A DNA stretch of 64,000 bases. Origin: Vulcanimicrobiota bacterium. Its GTDB lineage: Bacteria > Vulcanimicrobiota > Xenobia > Xenobiales > JADMJV01. Shown one piece after another: positions 18,276-28,127 of this stretch. The notes below the pieces were generated by a model. The model ran no database searches. It was not told the origin of the DNA and worked only from the letters and a program-made list of their open reading frames with translations. The stretch is taken from positions 4,063-68,062 of the forward strand of contig JAEXNA010000221.1 in the NCBI GenBank assembly GCA_023447635.1, written 5' to 3'. The position numbers and the translations under genes are program-made. How positions within the stretch are numbered: the stretch's first letter is position 1; each line of letters starts with the position of its first letter.

Positions 18276-19283
18276 TTGGGATGGAGGAAATTGGGCGTGG
18301 CACTTCGCGTTCTGGTCACGGGGGCTGCTGGATTTATCGGCAGTCACACCTGTCAAAAACTTTTACGTCGGGGTCATCAGGTGGTCGGCATCGACAACCT
18401 CAACGACTATTACGATCCGGCGCGCAAACAGGCCAACCTGGTCGAGATCGGCGCGACGCCGGGGGCCGACCGCTTCCGCTTCGAGCGTGTCGACCTGCGC
18501 GACCGCAGCGGCCTGGCCGACCTGTTCCGCCGGGAAAAGTTCGATGCGGTCGTCAACCTGGCGGCGATGGCCGGGGTCCGCGTCTCCATCGAGGATCCCC
18601 ATCTTTACGTCGATGTGAACCTCACCGGGACGCTGAACCTGCTCTTGCTCTGTAAAGAGCACGCGGTGGGCAACTTCGTGCTGGCCTCGACCTCGTCCGC
18701 CTACGGCGCCACCGAAGTGTTTCCGTTTGTCGAAACCGACGTCTGCGATCGCCCGCTGGCCCCCTACGCCACCTCGAAGCGCGCGGCCGAGATGATGGCC
18801 TTCACCTACTACCACCTGTTCGGGGTCAACTCGACCGTGCTTCGTTTCTTCACCGTGTACGGCCCTCGAGGGCGGCCCGACATGATGGCCTACAAAGTGC
18901 TGGACAATATCTTCTTCGACGAACCGCTGCAACTGTTCAACGGCGGCGAGATGTGGCGCGACTGGACCTACGTCGACGACATCACCGAAGGGGTCTGCAA
19001 CGCCGCCGAACGCCCCCTGGGCTATGAGATCATCAACCTGGGCCGGGGCGAAATGGTCAAACTGGCCGACTTTGTCGGTATCATCGAAGAGCTCAGCGGG
19101 CGCCCCTGCAAGGCGACCTACGCCCCCAAGATGGACGCCGACATCGACCGCAGCTTTGCCGACATCAGCAAAGCGCGTCGCCTGCTCGACTACGATCCTA
19201 AGGTCAGCGTCCGTGAGGGGATCGAGAACTTCTGGAACTGGTACCGGGGGGCCGTGCTGCAGCCCAGCCAAGCTCCAGCCTAA
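18276..19283 (+). CDS. NAD-dependent nucleotide-sugar epimerase (UDP-glucuronate 4-epimerase-like)
   Basis: VLVTGAAGFIGSH Rossmann motif, YxxxK-family SDR; strong overall match to UDP-GlcA/GalA 4-epimerases. Confidence 0.75.
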   Translation: MGWRKLGVALRVLVTGAAGFIGSHTCQKLLRRGHQVVGIDNLNDYYDPARKQANLVEIGATPGADRFRFERVDLRDRSGLADLFRREKFDAVVNLAAMAGVRVSIEDPHLYVDVNLTGTLNLLLLCKEHAVGNFVLASTSSAYGATEVFPFVETDVCDRPLAPYATSKRAAEMMAFTYYHLFGVNSTVLRFFTVYGPRGRPDMMAYKVLDNIFFDEPLQLFNGGEMWRDWTYVDDITEGVCNAAERPLGYEIINLGRGEMVKLADFVGIIEELSGRPCKATYAPKMDADIDRSFADISKARRLLDYDPKVSVREGIENFWNWYRGAVLQPSQAPA

Positions 19284-19336
19284 AAGCGCCGCGAGGCCTT
19301 AAAAGGAATTCAAGCCAGCGAGAGGAACCGGGCGAC

Positions 19337-20326
19337 ATGAACGTCGGCTTGGTTGGCTGTGGCTATTGGGGGAAAAACCTCCTCAGGAACTTCTACGAAC
19401 TGGGAAGGCTCTCGCTGATCTGCGAGCCTTCCCCCGATCACCAGACGGTGGCCCGCGCCATGGCGCCCGACATCCCGATCGTTTCCGATTTCCAGCAGGC
19501 GCTGGACTCGGATGTCGCCGCGCTGGTCATCGCGACCCCGGCGGTCACCCACTTCGACCTCGTGCGTCGCGCCCTCGAAGCGGGCAAAGACGTCATGGTC
19601 GAAAAGCCGCTCGCGGTCAACCTGGCCGACGGCCAGGCCCTGGTCCAGTTGGCCCAGCAGCACGGTCGTATCCTGATGGTGGGGCACATCATGGAATATC
19701 ACCCCGCCTGCGTCAAACTCGTGCAGATGGTGCGGGAAGGCGAACTCGGCCGCCTGTGCTACGTCTATTCCAACCGGCTCAGCCTGGGCAAGGTCCGTCG
19801 CGAAGAGAATATTCTCTGGAGCTTCGCCCCCCACGACGTCGCCCTGATGAACCGCATCGTGGGCGAAATGCCGCAGTCCGTGGCCGCCTTTGGCGGCAAC
19901 TACGTGCAGTCCGAAGTGGCTGACGTCACCGTCACCAACCTGAACTACCCCAGCGGCATCCGGGGGCACATTCACGTCTCCTGGCTTCACCCATTCAAGG
20001 AGCAGCGCCTGGTCGTCGTAGGCACCGAAGGGATGGCCACCTTCAACGGGGTCAAGGACGAACTCAAGGTCTACGACCAGCGCGTCGAATGGCAAAAGGG
20101 CGAACCGGTCCCCGTCAAGGGCGAAGGCCGCCTGGTCGACTTCGTCCCCGGCGAACCGCTTCGCCTGGAATGTCAGGCCTTTCTGCAGGCGATGGAAACC
20201 CGGCAGCAACCGCTGACCGACGGACAGAACGGCCTGCAGGTGCTGTCCGTACTCGAAGCCGCTCAGACGTCGCTGGAAAGCCGGGGCGCCGTCATCCCGG
20301 TGCCGACCCTCCAGCCGGTCAGATAA
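19337..20326 (+). CDS. Gfo/Idh/MocA-family NAD(P) oxidoreductase (UDP-sugar oxidase, WbpB-like)
   Basis: MNVGLVGCGYWGKNLLRNF N-terminal Rossmann; family-typical length. Confidence 0.7.
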   Translation: MNVGLVGCGYWGKNLLRNFYELGRLSLICEPSPDHQTVARAMAPDIPIVSDFQQALDSDVAALVIATPAVTHFDLVRRALEAGKDVMVEKPLAVNLADGQALVQLAQQHGRILMVGHIMEYHPACVKLVQMVREGELGRLCYVYSNRLSLGKVRREENILWSFAPHDVALMNRIVGEMPQSVAAFGGNYVQSEVADVTVTNLNYPSGIRGHIHVSWLHPFKEQRLVVVGTEGMATFNGVKDELKVYDQRVEWQKGEPVPVKGEGRLVDFVPGEPLRLECQAFLQAMETRQQPLTDGQNGLQVLSVLEAAQTSLESRGAVIPVPTLQPVR

Positions 20327-22034
20327 GCGGAAAAAAACCGGGGCGCTCGGTCGAGACCGCCCACAGCGCGACCTGCGCCTCGCGCAGGGCCATCAGAACC
20401 TCGGACTCCTGGGGCGTCCAGGGTTCGGGGAAGCGGCTCAAGCACAGCACGGCATCGATATTCGGCAGCACCAGGTGCAGCGGAGAATCGAAGCTAGCGT
20501 CGATCAGCACAATCTCTCTGGCGCGAACCTCGGTCAGGCGGGCCATCACCGGATGACCGACTCCCTGCTCGGGAACCGCCCCCTGGCCCGCCGGGGCAAA
20601 CTGCAAGTCCGGTCCGTCGACCGAGCACAAGAACTCCTCTACCGGGCCGCCGTGCCGCATCAAGTCGGCCAGCCCCGGCAGGGTCGGGTCGGCCAACTGT
20701 CGGCTCAGATACTTTTTCCGCAGGTCCAGGTCCAGCAGGCGCACCCTGTGGCCGGAAGCGCGCAGCCCCCTGGCCAGGTGCAGCGACAACGACGCCCTCA
20801 ACTCGGTCTCGTCGCTCCCCAGCACCAACAATCGGGACGGCAGAAGGCCCATAGCGCCAACCAGCCCCTGCTGGATCTGCTCGGAAAGACGGTAGGAAGC
20901 GACACTCAGAGCCGCCTGCTTCAGCGGGCTTGGCAGCGGCAAAGCCTGGACCTCGGCCCCCTCGGACGGTGGACGGCGTCGCCGCTGACCCGGGGCGTCT
21001 CTCAGAGCCCAGAAAAGCGCCAGCAAGGCCGCTAACCATAGCGCCAGTCGTCCATACTCTGACGAAGAAGGGGGGGGCAGCACCTCGACAGCGCCGACCC
21101 GCACCAATTTGGCGTCGTGGCTCAAGCTGTCTTGCTGACGCTCGAGTTTGGCCAACTCGTCGGGAAGCCAGCGGCCGTCTAACGTTTCGGGTCCCGGATC
21201 CGTCCTCTTCCTGGCCAACTGCCGATCGAAATCGCCCCTATTCTGGGCGACGACCTCCCGAGCGCTCTCTTCCAGACCGCGCTGCTCCTTCTTTAGCGCG
21301 GCCAGATAAGATTCGGCTTCATAGCGCTCCAAAGCGCGCAACTCGGCCGCCACATTCCGGACTAGCGCTTTCTGCTCGCGCAGAATATCGCGCTGCGAGC
21401 GGTAGACCTGGGTTAGCTTCTCTAACTGGCGCTGCTCGGCTGCCAGCTTCCCTTCCAAACTCCGCAAGGCCGGCCCGCGAAAAAGCGCCTTGAGTCCCGG
21501 CGGTAACTTGCCGCCCTGCAGGTATCGCTGCAGGTCAGCGATCTGGCGCTGAACTCGGACGGCCTGATGAGCCTGGTCCTCAGGGATCGCCGCCGTCGAC
21601 AGCCCGGCCGCCCCCGGGCCCGCCTCGTCTGGCGCCTGAATCGCCTCCAGGGAACGGCGCAGGTAGCCGATGCGGGTCTCTAACTGCTCTCTGGCCTCGG
21701 CGGCCATCTCTCGCTGCAGCAGGTCCACGGATTTGGCCAGAGCCCCTCGAGCCTCGGCTTCGCTGGGTCCGGGAGCCTGGATCCGCACGCCCCGGGCCAG
21801 CCCGGCGGGTCGGTCGACGACGACGTCCCGCCCCACCGTCTGGGCAAAATCTTCGCGGACGGCGATCGCCTGCAGACGCAGCGGCGAAAAGGACTGCTCG
21901 GCCAACGCGCCCTGGTAAACCGCGCTGACCCGGTAACGCCCCCCGTCGGCGGGACCGTAGACATAGGGAAGGGCTAGGGCGGCCGCCGCGAAGGCGCCCG
22001 AAGCCCAGAGCCCGATCGCGCGAGACGACGGCAC
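20319..22034 (-). CDS. polysaccharide co-polymerase (Wzc/GumC-like) with degenerate cytoplasmic BY-kinase-like domain (Walker A lost)
   Basis: TM - long periplasmic coiled coil - TM - cytoplasmic domain with LVLGSDETELRASLSLHLARGL in place of a Walker A; architecture of PCP-2a proteins. Confidence 0.45.
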   Translation of the reverse strand: MPSSRAIGLWASGAFAAAALALPYVYGPADGGRYRVSAVYQGALAEQSFSPLRLQAIAVREDFAQTVGRDVVVDRPAGLARGVRIQAPGPSEAEARGALAKSVDLLQREMAAEAREQLETRIGYLRRSLEAIQAPDEAGPGAAGLSTAAIPEDQAHQAVRVQRQIADLQRYLQGGKLPPGLKALFRGPALRSLEGKLAAEQRQLEKLTQVYRSQRDILREQKALVRNVAAELRALERYEAESYLAALKKEQRGLEESAREVVAQNRGDFDRQLARKRTDPGPETLDGRWLPDELAKLERQQDSLSHDAKLVRVGAVEVLPPPSSSEYGRLALWLAALLALFWALRDAPGQRRRRPPSEGAEVQALPLPSPLKQAALSVASYRLSEQIQQGLVGAMGLLPSRLLVLGSDETELRASLSLHLARGLRASGHRVRLLDLDLRKKYLSRQLADPTLPGLADLMRHGGPVEEFLCSVDGPDLQFAPAGQGAVPEQGVGHPVMARLTEVRAREIVLIDASFDSPLHLVLPNIDAVLCLSRFPEPWTPQESEVLMALREAQVALWAVSTERPGFFPLI

Positions 22035-22039
22035 CGGAA

Positions 22040-23191
22040 TTAAGCGGTGATCCCCAGGGTAGAATACACCCTCATCGTGTCTTGAACGACCTTCTCGACG
22101 CTGAACTCTGCCGCCACTTTGGTGCGTCCGTTCATCCCCATAGCCATAGCTCGCTCCCGGTTTTCCACCAGGTCGGTGATCGCCTGCGCCAGGGCCCGAG
22201 CATCCCGTAGCGGCACCAGGTGGCCGTTAAAACCGTCCTCGACCACCTCGCGGCAGCCGGGGACATCGGTCGCGATCAGCGGTTTCCCCATCGCCGCCGC
22301 CTCTAACAGGCTACGCGGGGTCCCTTCGCGATACGACGGCAAAACCATGATGTCCGACAGAGCAATCACGTCATCGATCCGGTCCACGTGGCCCAGGAGG
22401 TCCACCGCGCCTTCCCTCCGCCAGCCTTCCAACGTCGCAAGGTCGACCGAAGACGGATTGCCCGGGTCGGGATCGCCCGCCACCTGAAAACAGACGTCGT
22501 GCTGGGCCTTCACCATACGGGCCGCTTCGACGAAATCATGGATCCCTTTCTCCGCGATAAGCCGCCCCACGAACAAGACCGTGGGCACTCGCCCCGCCGG
22601 GTCGTCCGGACCGCCCGGACGGGGAGAAAAGCGCTGCAGGCAAACTCCCGAACTGCGGATCAGCACCGTCTTCTCCGGACTGACCAGCCCCGCCTGGATA
22701 AAGGCATCCAGGTCGTCGGGGTTCTGGAACACCACGTGACCTCGCCGAGCCTTCAGAATATTGCGATACAGCCAGCGCACCGGCGGCCGCAGCATCCGCG
22801 TCACCAGACGCTGTCCCAGAAAGATGTGGCCCAGTCCGGTGACCGCGTTCACCACCGACTTCACCCCGGCAAGCTTAGCCGCGATGGTCCCGTACAGAAC
22901 GCACTTGATAGTGAAATGATGAACCGCCCTCGGCCCCATCGCCCAGTACAGACGAACCAATTCCCAAAGGGCAAAAAGTTCAAAAACGGGGTTAACACTC
23001 CGGCGTTCCAGCCGAAGAAGAGCGTGATGCTCGAACCCTTCCGCCCGCAGGCGGTCGACGTAGGTGTCGTAAGGCGAAACCAGGGTGACGTCGAACCCTT
23101 CATCCCGCAGCCGCCGGGCTAGCGGCAGACGAAAATTGTACAGATACCAGCCAGTATTGGCTACTAACAGAATCTTAGCAGATCCCACCAT
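22040..23191 (-). CDS. glycosyltransferase family 4 (GT-B)
   Basis: PSYREGTPRSLLEAAAMGKPLIATDVPG E-x7-E-type motif. Confidence 0.8.
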   Translation of the reverse strand: MVGSAKILLVANTGWYLYNFRLPLARRLRDEGFDVTLVSPYDTYVDRLRAEGFEHHALLRLERRSVNPVFELFALWELVRLYWAMGPRAVHHFTIKCVLYGTIAAKLAGVKSVVNAVTGLGHIFLGQRLVTRMLRPPVRWLYRNILKARRGHVVFQNPDDLDAFIQAGLVSPEKTVLIRSSGVCLQRFSPRPGGPDDPAGRVPTVLFVGRLIAEKGIHDFVEAARMVKAQHDVCFQVAGDPDPGNPSSVDLATLEGWRREGAVDLLGHVDRIDDVIALSDIMVLPSYREGTPRSLLEAAAMGKPLIATDVPGCREVVEDGFNGHLVPLRDARALAQAITDLVENRERAMAMGMNGRTKVAAEFSVEKVVQDTMRVYSTLGITA

Positions 23192-23378
23192 GGCGCCCCC
23201 TCTTTGCGCGTAGATTCCCGAACACAGGGGCTCGCCTTCCTTTCACTGTAGGAATAGCCTTCGCTACGGTCCATATTCCGTGGACTCGCTGATTCTGGAG
23301 CGGAATAGTCTTTCTCAGGGACATACTTTGGGATTGAAAGGCAGGAGTCGGGTATACCATCCGAAACATCGTTGCCTG

Positions 23379-26048
23379 ATGCGAAACTACCAGAACCAAG
23401 CACGCAGATTACTCTGCCTCTTGGCTCTCCTTTTCCTTATTGGGGGATGCGGGGACAGCCAGAACTATGTTTTCACCGGGACGGTCATCGAGCCGCCCCC
23501 TACTCCGGGCACCATCCGTGTTAGCCTGGACGTAGCCGACGTCAACGCGCAGATCGTCCCCGAAGCGAATAGCTTCGACGTGACCCTGTACGCGGCCGAC
23601 CTGACCGAAGTTGCCGGGGTCGACGACAGCACCCAGCGCACTTACGACTTCACCAACCTGGCTGCGGGCAGCTACCTGATCCGGGTCGAAGCGTTCGACG
23701 CGGCGGATAGCCGGGTCGGCTACTTCGACCGGGTCGTGTTCTTCGACGGCACCAGCCAGACGCTGGTCTTCGACACCCTGCGCTACAGCACGGCGACACC
23801 TCCCGCCCCGGCCTTCCCTACCGCGACCACGCCGGACTTTCTGGCCTTCGCGTCCATCCCGGCCGAACTGGGCAGCGGACAGAACTTCAGCCTGACCGTA
23901 CTCGCCTTCAACGCGGACGGCAGTCGCGATACCGCCGCCACCGGAACGGTGACCCTGAGCGCTCTGGCCGGCACCTTCCAGTCGGCGCCGGCCTCCGTGG
24001 CCCTGAGCAACGGCAGCGCCACCTTCAGCAATCTGGCGCTGGCCATCACGCCCGGCCAGACCTTCGTGCAGTTCCGCGCCAGCGCCACGGGCTTTGACGC
24101 GGCAGACACTCCAGCCATCGATTTCACCAACATTCCCGTGCCCAGTGTGGCCGTGGTCTCGACCCCTAACGCCCCCGTGGTCGGTCAACCGTTCACCATC
24201 CAGGTAGAACTGCTCGACGCCGATGGCGACCGGGTCGTCACTGCCACCGACAACGTGACCATCGCCGTAGCCAGCGCTCCGGCGGGCGGCACTCTCAGCG
24301 GCACCGCTACCGTGGCGGCCGTGAACGGCCTGGCCACCTTCAGCAATCTCAGCGTGAACACCGCCGGCGCCTACACCTTCACCGTCAGCGCCCCCGGCTA
24401 CGCGGCCATCACCACGGCTCCCGTCAACGTGGTGGTCAACCCTAACGTGCTGGGCTTCATCGCCCCTCCGAACAACGTGGTGGTAGCCACCCCGTTCTCC
24501 ATCCAGGTCGAAGCTTTGAACGGCGCCGACCGCTCGACCGCCGTCGTGCCGGTCACCGTCGCCATCGCCTCCGGCCCCGCCGGTGCCACCCTGGGCGGCA
24601 CCACCACGGTCAACACCGTGGACGGCCTGGCTACCTTCAGCAACCTGACGGTAAGCGCGGCGGGCACCTATACCTTGGCGGCCTCGTCCCCGACCTTCGA
24701 TGGCGCCACCTCGCCCTCGTTCGTGGTCACCGCAACTCCGATTCCGCGCCTCGAGTTTGGCACGGCTCCGACCAACCTGTACAACGAAGACAACTTCACC
24801 CTCACCGTGAACGTTCTCGAGGGCAACGGAACTCCGGAAACCGACCCGGTCAGCGTCACTCTCGCTCTCTACAGCGGCCCGCAGGGCGGAACCCTATCCG
24901 GCACGACCACCGTAGTCAGCACGGGTGGCGTCGCCACCTTCAGCAACCTGCAGGTGAGTGAGCCGGGCAACTACGTTTTCAGCGCCGCCGCGACGTCGTA
25001 CCAGACCGTCACCTCGACCTCTCTGACCTTCCAGGAAAACTTCAACATCGTGGTCGGACATCTCAGCGCCGACCCGCTGTTCTCGAACCCTGCCCTGGGA
25101 ATCTTCCGTCTCAGCCAACTGGCCATGGGCGCCAACGACGTCGTTCCTGCAGCCCAGTTCGGCCCAGTCGGCAATACGGCCGGCGCTTACGACCTGGAAA
25201 TCAACGCTGACGGCAGCCTGATCTGGGTCACCGCCAACGAAAGCGACACCATCGAACTGTACGCCAACGTCGCTTCGGGCGGTATCACCGCCGCGATCAA
25301 AACCCTGACCACTGGCGCCGACCGCCTCTTCTATACCACCGCCTACAACGCCACCGACGACCTGCTGGTCGCTGACGTTTACGATGTCAATATGGCAACC
25401 ACCGACATCGTCATCTATGACGACGCCACGGCCACCGCCACCGTCAACCCCACCGGGACTCTTCTTGGGCTCGGCGACTTTGACGACAATGATGGCGACG
25501 AATACGACGCCTACGTCTATGGAATCGACTTTGACGAAACCCGTGGCTACCTGTACGTAGCCCAGGCGCACCTCAATATCGACTTCGATCCGGAAGCGAT
25601 CCGCCTTCTCCGCTTCAACGTGGCCGATCTTCCTACCGGCGGCGCTTCGGTGGCCTATCAGACGCTGAACCCTGTGCAGATCGACCTGACGACTTCGACG
25701 CCGTTCGTTCGCAACATCGACTATGTGCCCAGCCAGGACCGCCTCTACCTGACTGGGGAAGGTGGACTGCAGTTCCTCGATAGCGTCTCGACGCTGACCA
25801 CCACGGGAACCACGACGACGCTCAATTCTACCACCGTCCCTATGGTCAACACCTGGGACGTCGCCTACGATGTCCTTCATGACCGCCTGTACGTGACCGA
25901 CTTTGGTCAAAACCGCGTGCTGCTCTTCGAAGGGTCGTCCACCTGGACGGCAGCGACCACCACGGCAGAACCGGTGAGAACCCTCGGCAACCCCACCTCG
26001 ACTCTGACGGAGATGATCCAGCCCTCGGGCATCGTGATCTTCCCGTAG
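23379..26048 (+). CDS. large surface lipoprotein with tandem Ig-like (Big/invasin-like) domains and C-terminal beta-propeller-like region
   Basis: Start at internal ATG 23379: MRNYQNQARRLLCLLALLFLIGGCG lipobox; repeated ~90-aa units (...ATFSNL.V...G.YTFTVSAPGYAAITTAPVNVVV); Thr-rich C-terminus. Confidence 0.5.
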   Translation: MRNYQNQARRLLCLLALLFLIGGCGDSQNYVFTGTVIEPPPTPGTIRVSLDVADVNAQIVPEANSFDVTLYAADLTEVAGVDDSTQRTYDFTNLAAGSYLIRVEAFDAADSRVGYFDRVVFFDGTSQTLVFDTLRYSTATPPAPAFPTATTPDFLAFASIPAELGSGQNFSLTVLAFNADGSRDTAATGTVTLSALAGTFQSAPASVALSNGSATFSNLALAITPGQTFVQFRASATGFDAADTPAIDFTNIPVPSVAVVSTPNAPVVGQPFTIQVELLDADGDRVVTATDNVTIAVASAPAGGTLSGTATVAAVNGLATFSNLSVNTAGAYTFTVSAPGYAAITTAPVNVVVNPNVLGFIAPPNNVVVATPFSIQVEALNGADRSTAVVPVTVAIASGPAGATLGGTTTVNTVDGLATFSNLTVSAAGTYTLAASSPTFDGATSPSFVVTATPIPRLEFGTAPTNLYNEDNFTLTVNVLEGNGTPETDPVSVTLALYSGPQGGTLSGTTTVVSTGGVATFSNLQVSEPGNYVFSAAATSYQTVTSTSLTFQENFNIVVGHLSADPLFSNPALGIFRLSQLAMGANDVVPAAQFGPVGNTAGAYDLEINADGSLIWVTANESDTIELYANVASGGITAAIKTLTTGADRLFYTTAYNATDDLLVADVYDVNMATTDIVIYDDATATATVNPTGTLLGLGDFDDNDGDEYDAYVYGIDFDETRGYLYVAQAHLNIDFDPEAIRLLRFNVADLPTGGASVAYQTLNPVQIDLTTSTPFVRNIDYVPSQDRLYLTGEGGLQFLDSVSTLTTTGTTTTLNSTTVPMVNTWDVAYDVLHDRLYVTDFGQNRVLLFEGSSTWTAATTTAEPVRTLGNPTSTLTEMIQPSGIVIFP

Positions 26049-26064
26049 TCGTTTCAACCTGACC

Positions 26065-26098
26065 GAAGCAGCCTGATCCGCCAGGGTCAGGCTGCTTC
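26065..26098 (+). terminator. stem-loop (12-bp stem) after lipoprotein gene; weak T-tract
   Basis: GAAGCAGCCTGA-tccgccaggg-TCAGGCTGCTTC then ATTTCC. Confidence 0.3.
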
Positions 26099-26109
26099 AT
26101 TTCCGGAAT

Positions 26110-26961
26110 ATGAGTCTCGTCTCCGTCCTCATACCTTGCTACGGCCACCAGTCCACCCTGCCGCGGGCGCTGTTCTCGTTGGTCTTGCAAGACTTTGCCC
26201 AGTGGGAAGCCATTGTGGTCGACGACGGGTCCGAGCCCCCTATCGATCGGGAACGGCTCCCCTCCGACCCCCGAATCCGCCTGCTACGTCTGCCCACCAA
26301 TCAAGGGCGGGGCAAAGCCAGTCAGGTCGCTCTGCAAGCCTCGGTGGGGCGCTACGTAGCCTTTCTCGACGCCGACGACTGGTATCTGCCGGACAAACTT
26401 TCTCGGCAGGTGGCCTTTCTGGATTCCAACCCCGACGTCGACTGCGTTGCCGGAACCCTCGGCTGTGTCTCCCGAGACGGCGGGGACCTTCGCGAAATGC
26501 TCGGCCCCCGCCCCGGGATCCATCACCACACTCCGACCGGGTCCATCAGGCTTCCCTTCGCCGCCTGCCTGGTCCGCGGAAAAAGAGCTCGACAGGTGGG
26601 ATTCGACCCCGCCTTCCGGCGGGGCCAGGACCGCGACTTCCTTCACCGCCTGCTGGTCGGTCGCTCTTACGCCGTCGTACCCGGGATAGAATATGTCTAT
26701 CACACCGGGGTCAGCTTTGCCCTCAGTTCCGTCCAGGAAGGGCTGCGTTATCGACTGCAGTTTTATCGGCGCCACCTGCGGAACAACCCGGGCTGGGCCT
26801 TGCTCCAGATCGGGGCCACCGTGGCTCGGCTGGTCCTCTATCCTATCTTCCATCGGCTCGGACGGTGGCAAGGTCACGTCGAAAGAAACCTTCGCCCCGC
26901 GCCTACCGAGGTCCAACAGCAATACCGGGCAGCCCTGGCGGCCCTAGAGCGGCACTTGTGA
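26110..26961 (+). CDS. glycosyltransferase family 2
   Basis: VSVLIPCYG...VDDGS...FLDADD DxD-type GT-A motifs. Confidence 0.75.
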   Translation: MSLVSVLIPCYGHQSTLPRALFSLVLQDFAQWEAIVVDDGSEPPIDRERLPSDPRIRLLRLPTNQGRGKASQVALQASVGRYVAFLDADDWYLPDKLSRQVAFLDSNPDVDCVAGTLGCVSRDGGDLREMLGPRPGIHHHTPTGSIRLPFAACLVRGKRARQVGFDPAFRRGQDRDFLHRLLVGRSYAVVPGIEYVYHTGVSFALSSVQEGLRYRLQFYRRHLRNNPGWALLQIGATVARLVLYPIFHRLGRWQGHVERNLRPAPTEVQQQYRAALAALERHL

Positions 26962-28127
26962 TGCAGCCCGACCTGCCCTCCCTCGAGCGCCCCATCCTGG
27001 AACTCACCGGCCTGGAAGAAGACTCTCTTCACCTTCCCGAAGCCGTTTCCCAGCAAGGGTTGCTGCTACTCTGGTTACAAGGCACAGGCTTCCCGAGCTG
27101 GCCACTGCCGGCAGGGGCCCGCCAAGCAGCCCTGCTCCAACTGGCCACCTCAATGAAGCTTCAGCGGACCCTCGAGGACGTGGCCAATGTCTTGAACAGC
27201 TCCGCTATTCCGTTCTTGTGCTATAAGGGCCCGGCGCTTTCCCAGGCTGCCTACGGGTCGGCCCACCTGCGCCCCTCGGGCGACCTCGACCTGTGGCTTG
27301 ATCGTCGCGATATAGCGAGGGCTATCGGGGCGCTCGAAAGGCTGGACTTTTGGCCTCGTCGTCCTCATCCGCCCCTCGAGGTCCATCTGCGCTTCGCTTA
27401 TGAGTACGCTTTGGAACAGGCGGAAACCGGCGTCGTGCTCGAGCTTCACTGGCAAGTTCTGCCTCATCGCTACGGCGGCTCTGCGTCCTACTCCGCGGCT
27501 CTGGCCCGCGCCCACACCGTGCAACTCGAAGGCCAGCTCCTTCCCACCCTGTCGCTCGAGGACTCCCTCGTCATTCTGGCTGCTCACGGGGCGAAACATC
27601 TTTGGTACCGCCTGCTCTGGCTCTACGACCTGGCCGGTCTCCTCCAGGGGGCAAAGCCGGACTGGTCCCTGGTAGCCCAAATCGCCCGGAGAAGTGGGAA
27701 CCACACCCGGGTCAGCGTGGCACTTCTTCTGCTGCAGCGTATCTTCGAAAAGCCCCTTCCCCTAGAATGGCGAGTGAGCTGGAAGGCTCGGCGGCTAGCG
27801 GCTCTTCTTCTGCGGCTCAGATTTCTGCCCCAGAGTCAGCTCCTCGCTTATCTCATCTTGCTCGGGCTCGAAGACGGAATAGGGGGAAGCCTGCGCTCGC
27901 TCCTTAGCCTGGCGCTGCATCCCAGTATCGCTGACATCAGCTATCCTCAGCGACCTCTGCGGCCCCACGCTCTCTACTATGCCACTCGCCCCTGGCGATA
28001 TCTGATGTCGCGGCTAAAACGCCGTCCCGAAGGGTCAGAACCTGGTCGACCCGCTCCAGCCAGCCCGCCTGATGGCTCACCACCAGAACGATCATCTGAC
28101 CGCGGTACGCCTCCAACGCCTGCATGA
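26961..28127 (+). CDS. uncharacterised nucleotidyltransferase family protein (paralogue of 11230..12384), cassette 2
   Basis: ATG 26961 overlaps GT2 stop (TGATG). GDLDLWLDRRD motif. The C-terminal ~60 aa are low-complexity and overlap the convergent ABC gene. Confidence 0.5.
   Translation: MQPDLPSLERPILELTGLEEDSLHLPEAVSQQGLLLLWLQGTGFPSWPLPAGARQAALLQLATSMKLQRTLEDVANVLNSSAIPFLCYKGPALSQAAYGSAHLRPSGDLDLWLDRRDIARAIGALERLDFWPRRPHPPLEVHLRFAYEYALEQAETGVVLELHWQVLPHRYGGSASYSAALARAHTVQLEGQLLPTLSLEDSLVILAAHGAKHLWYRLLWLYDLAGLLQGAKPDWSLVAQIARRSGNHTRVSVALLLLQRIFEKPLPLEWRVSWKARRLAALLLRLRFLPQSQLLAYLILLGLEDGIGGSLRSLLSLALHPSIADISYPQRPLRPHALYYATRPWRYLMSRLKRRPEGSEPGRPAPASPPDGSPPERSSDRGTPPTPA

Noticed and set aside
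23280-23378. Track start (23280) of the Ig-like lipoprotein
   Set aside because: The internal ATG at 23379 is followed by a textbook lipoprotein signal (…LLFLIGGCG); the upstream 33 codons lack signal features.
26051-26058. GTTTCAAC octamer resembling the start of the CRISPR-like repeat
   Set aside because: Only 8 nt match; the remainder (ctgaccgaagc...) is unrelated; coincidence within a terminator hairpin.
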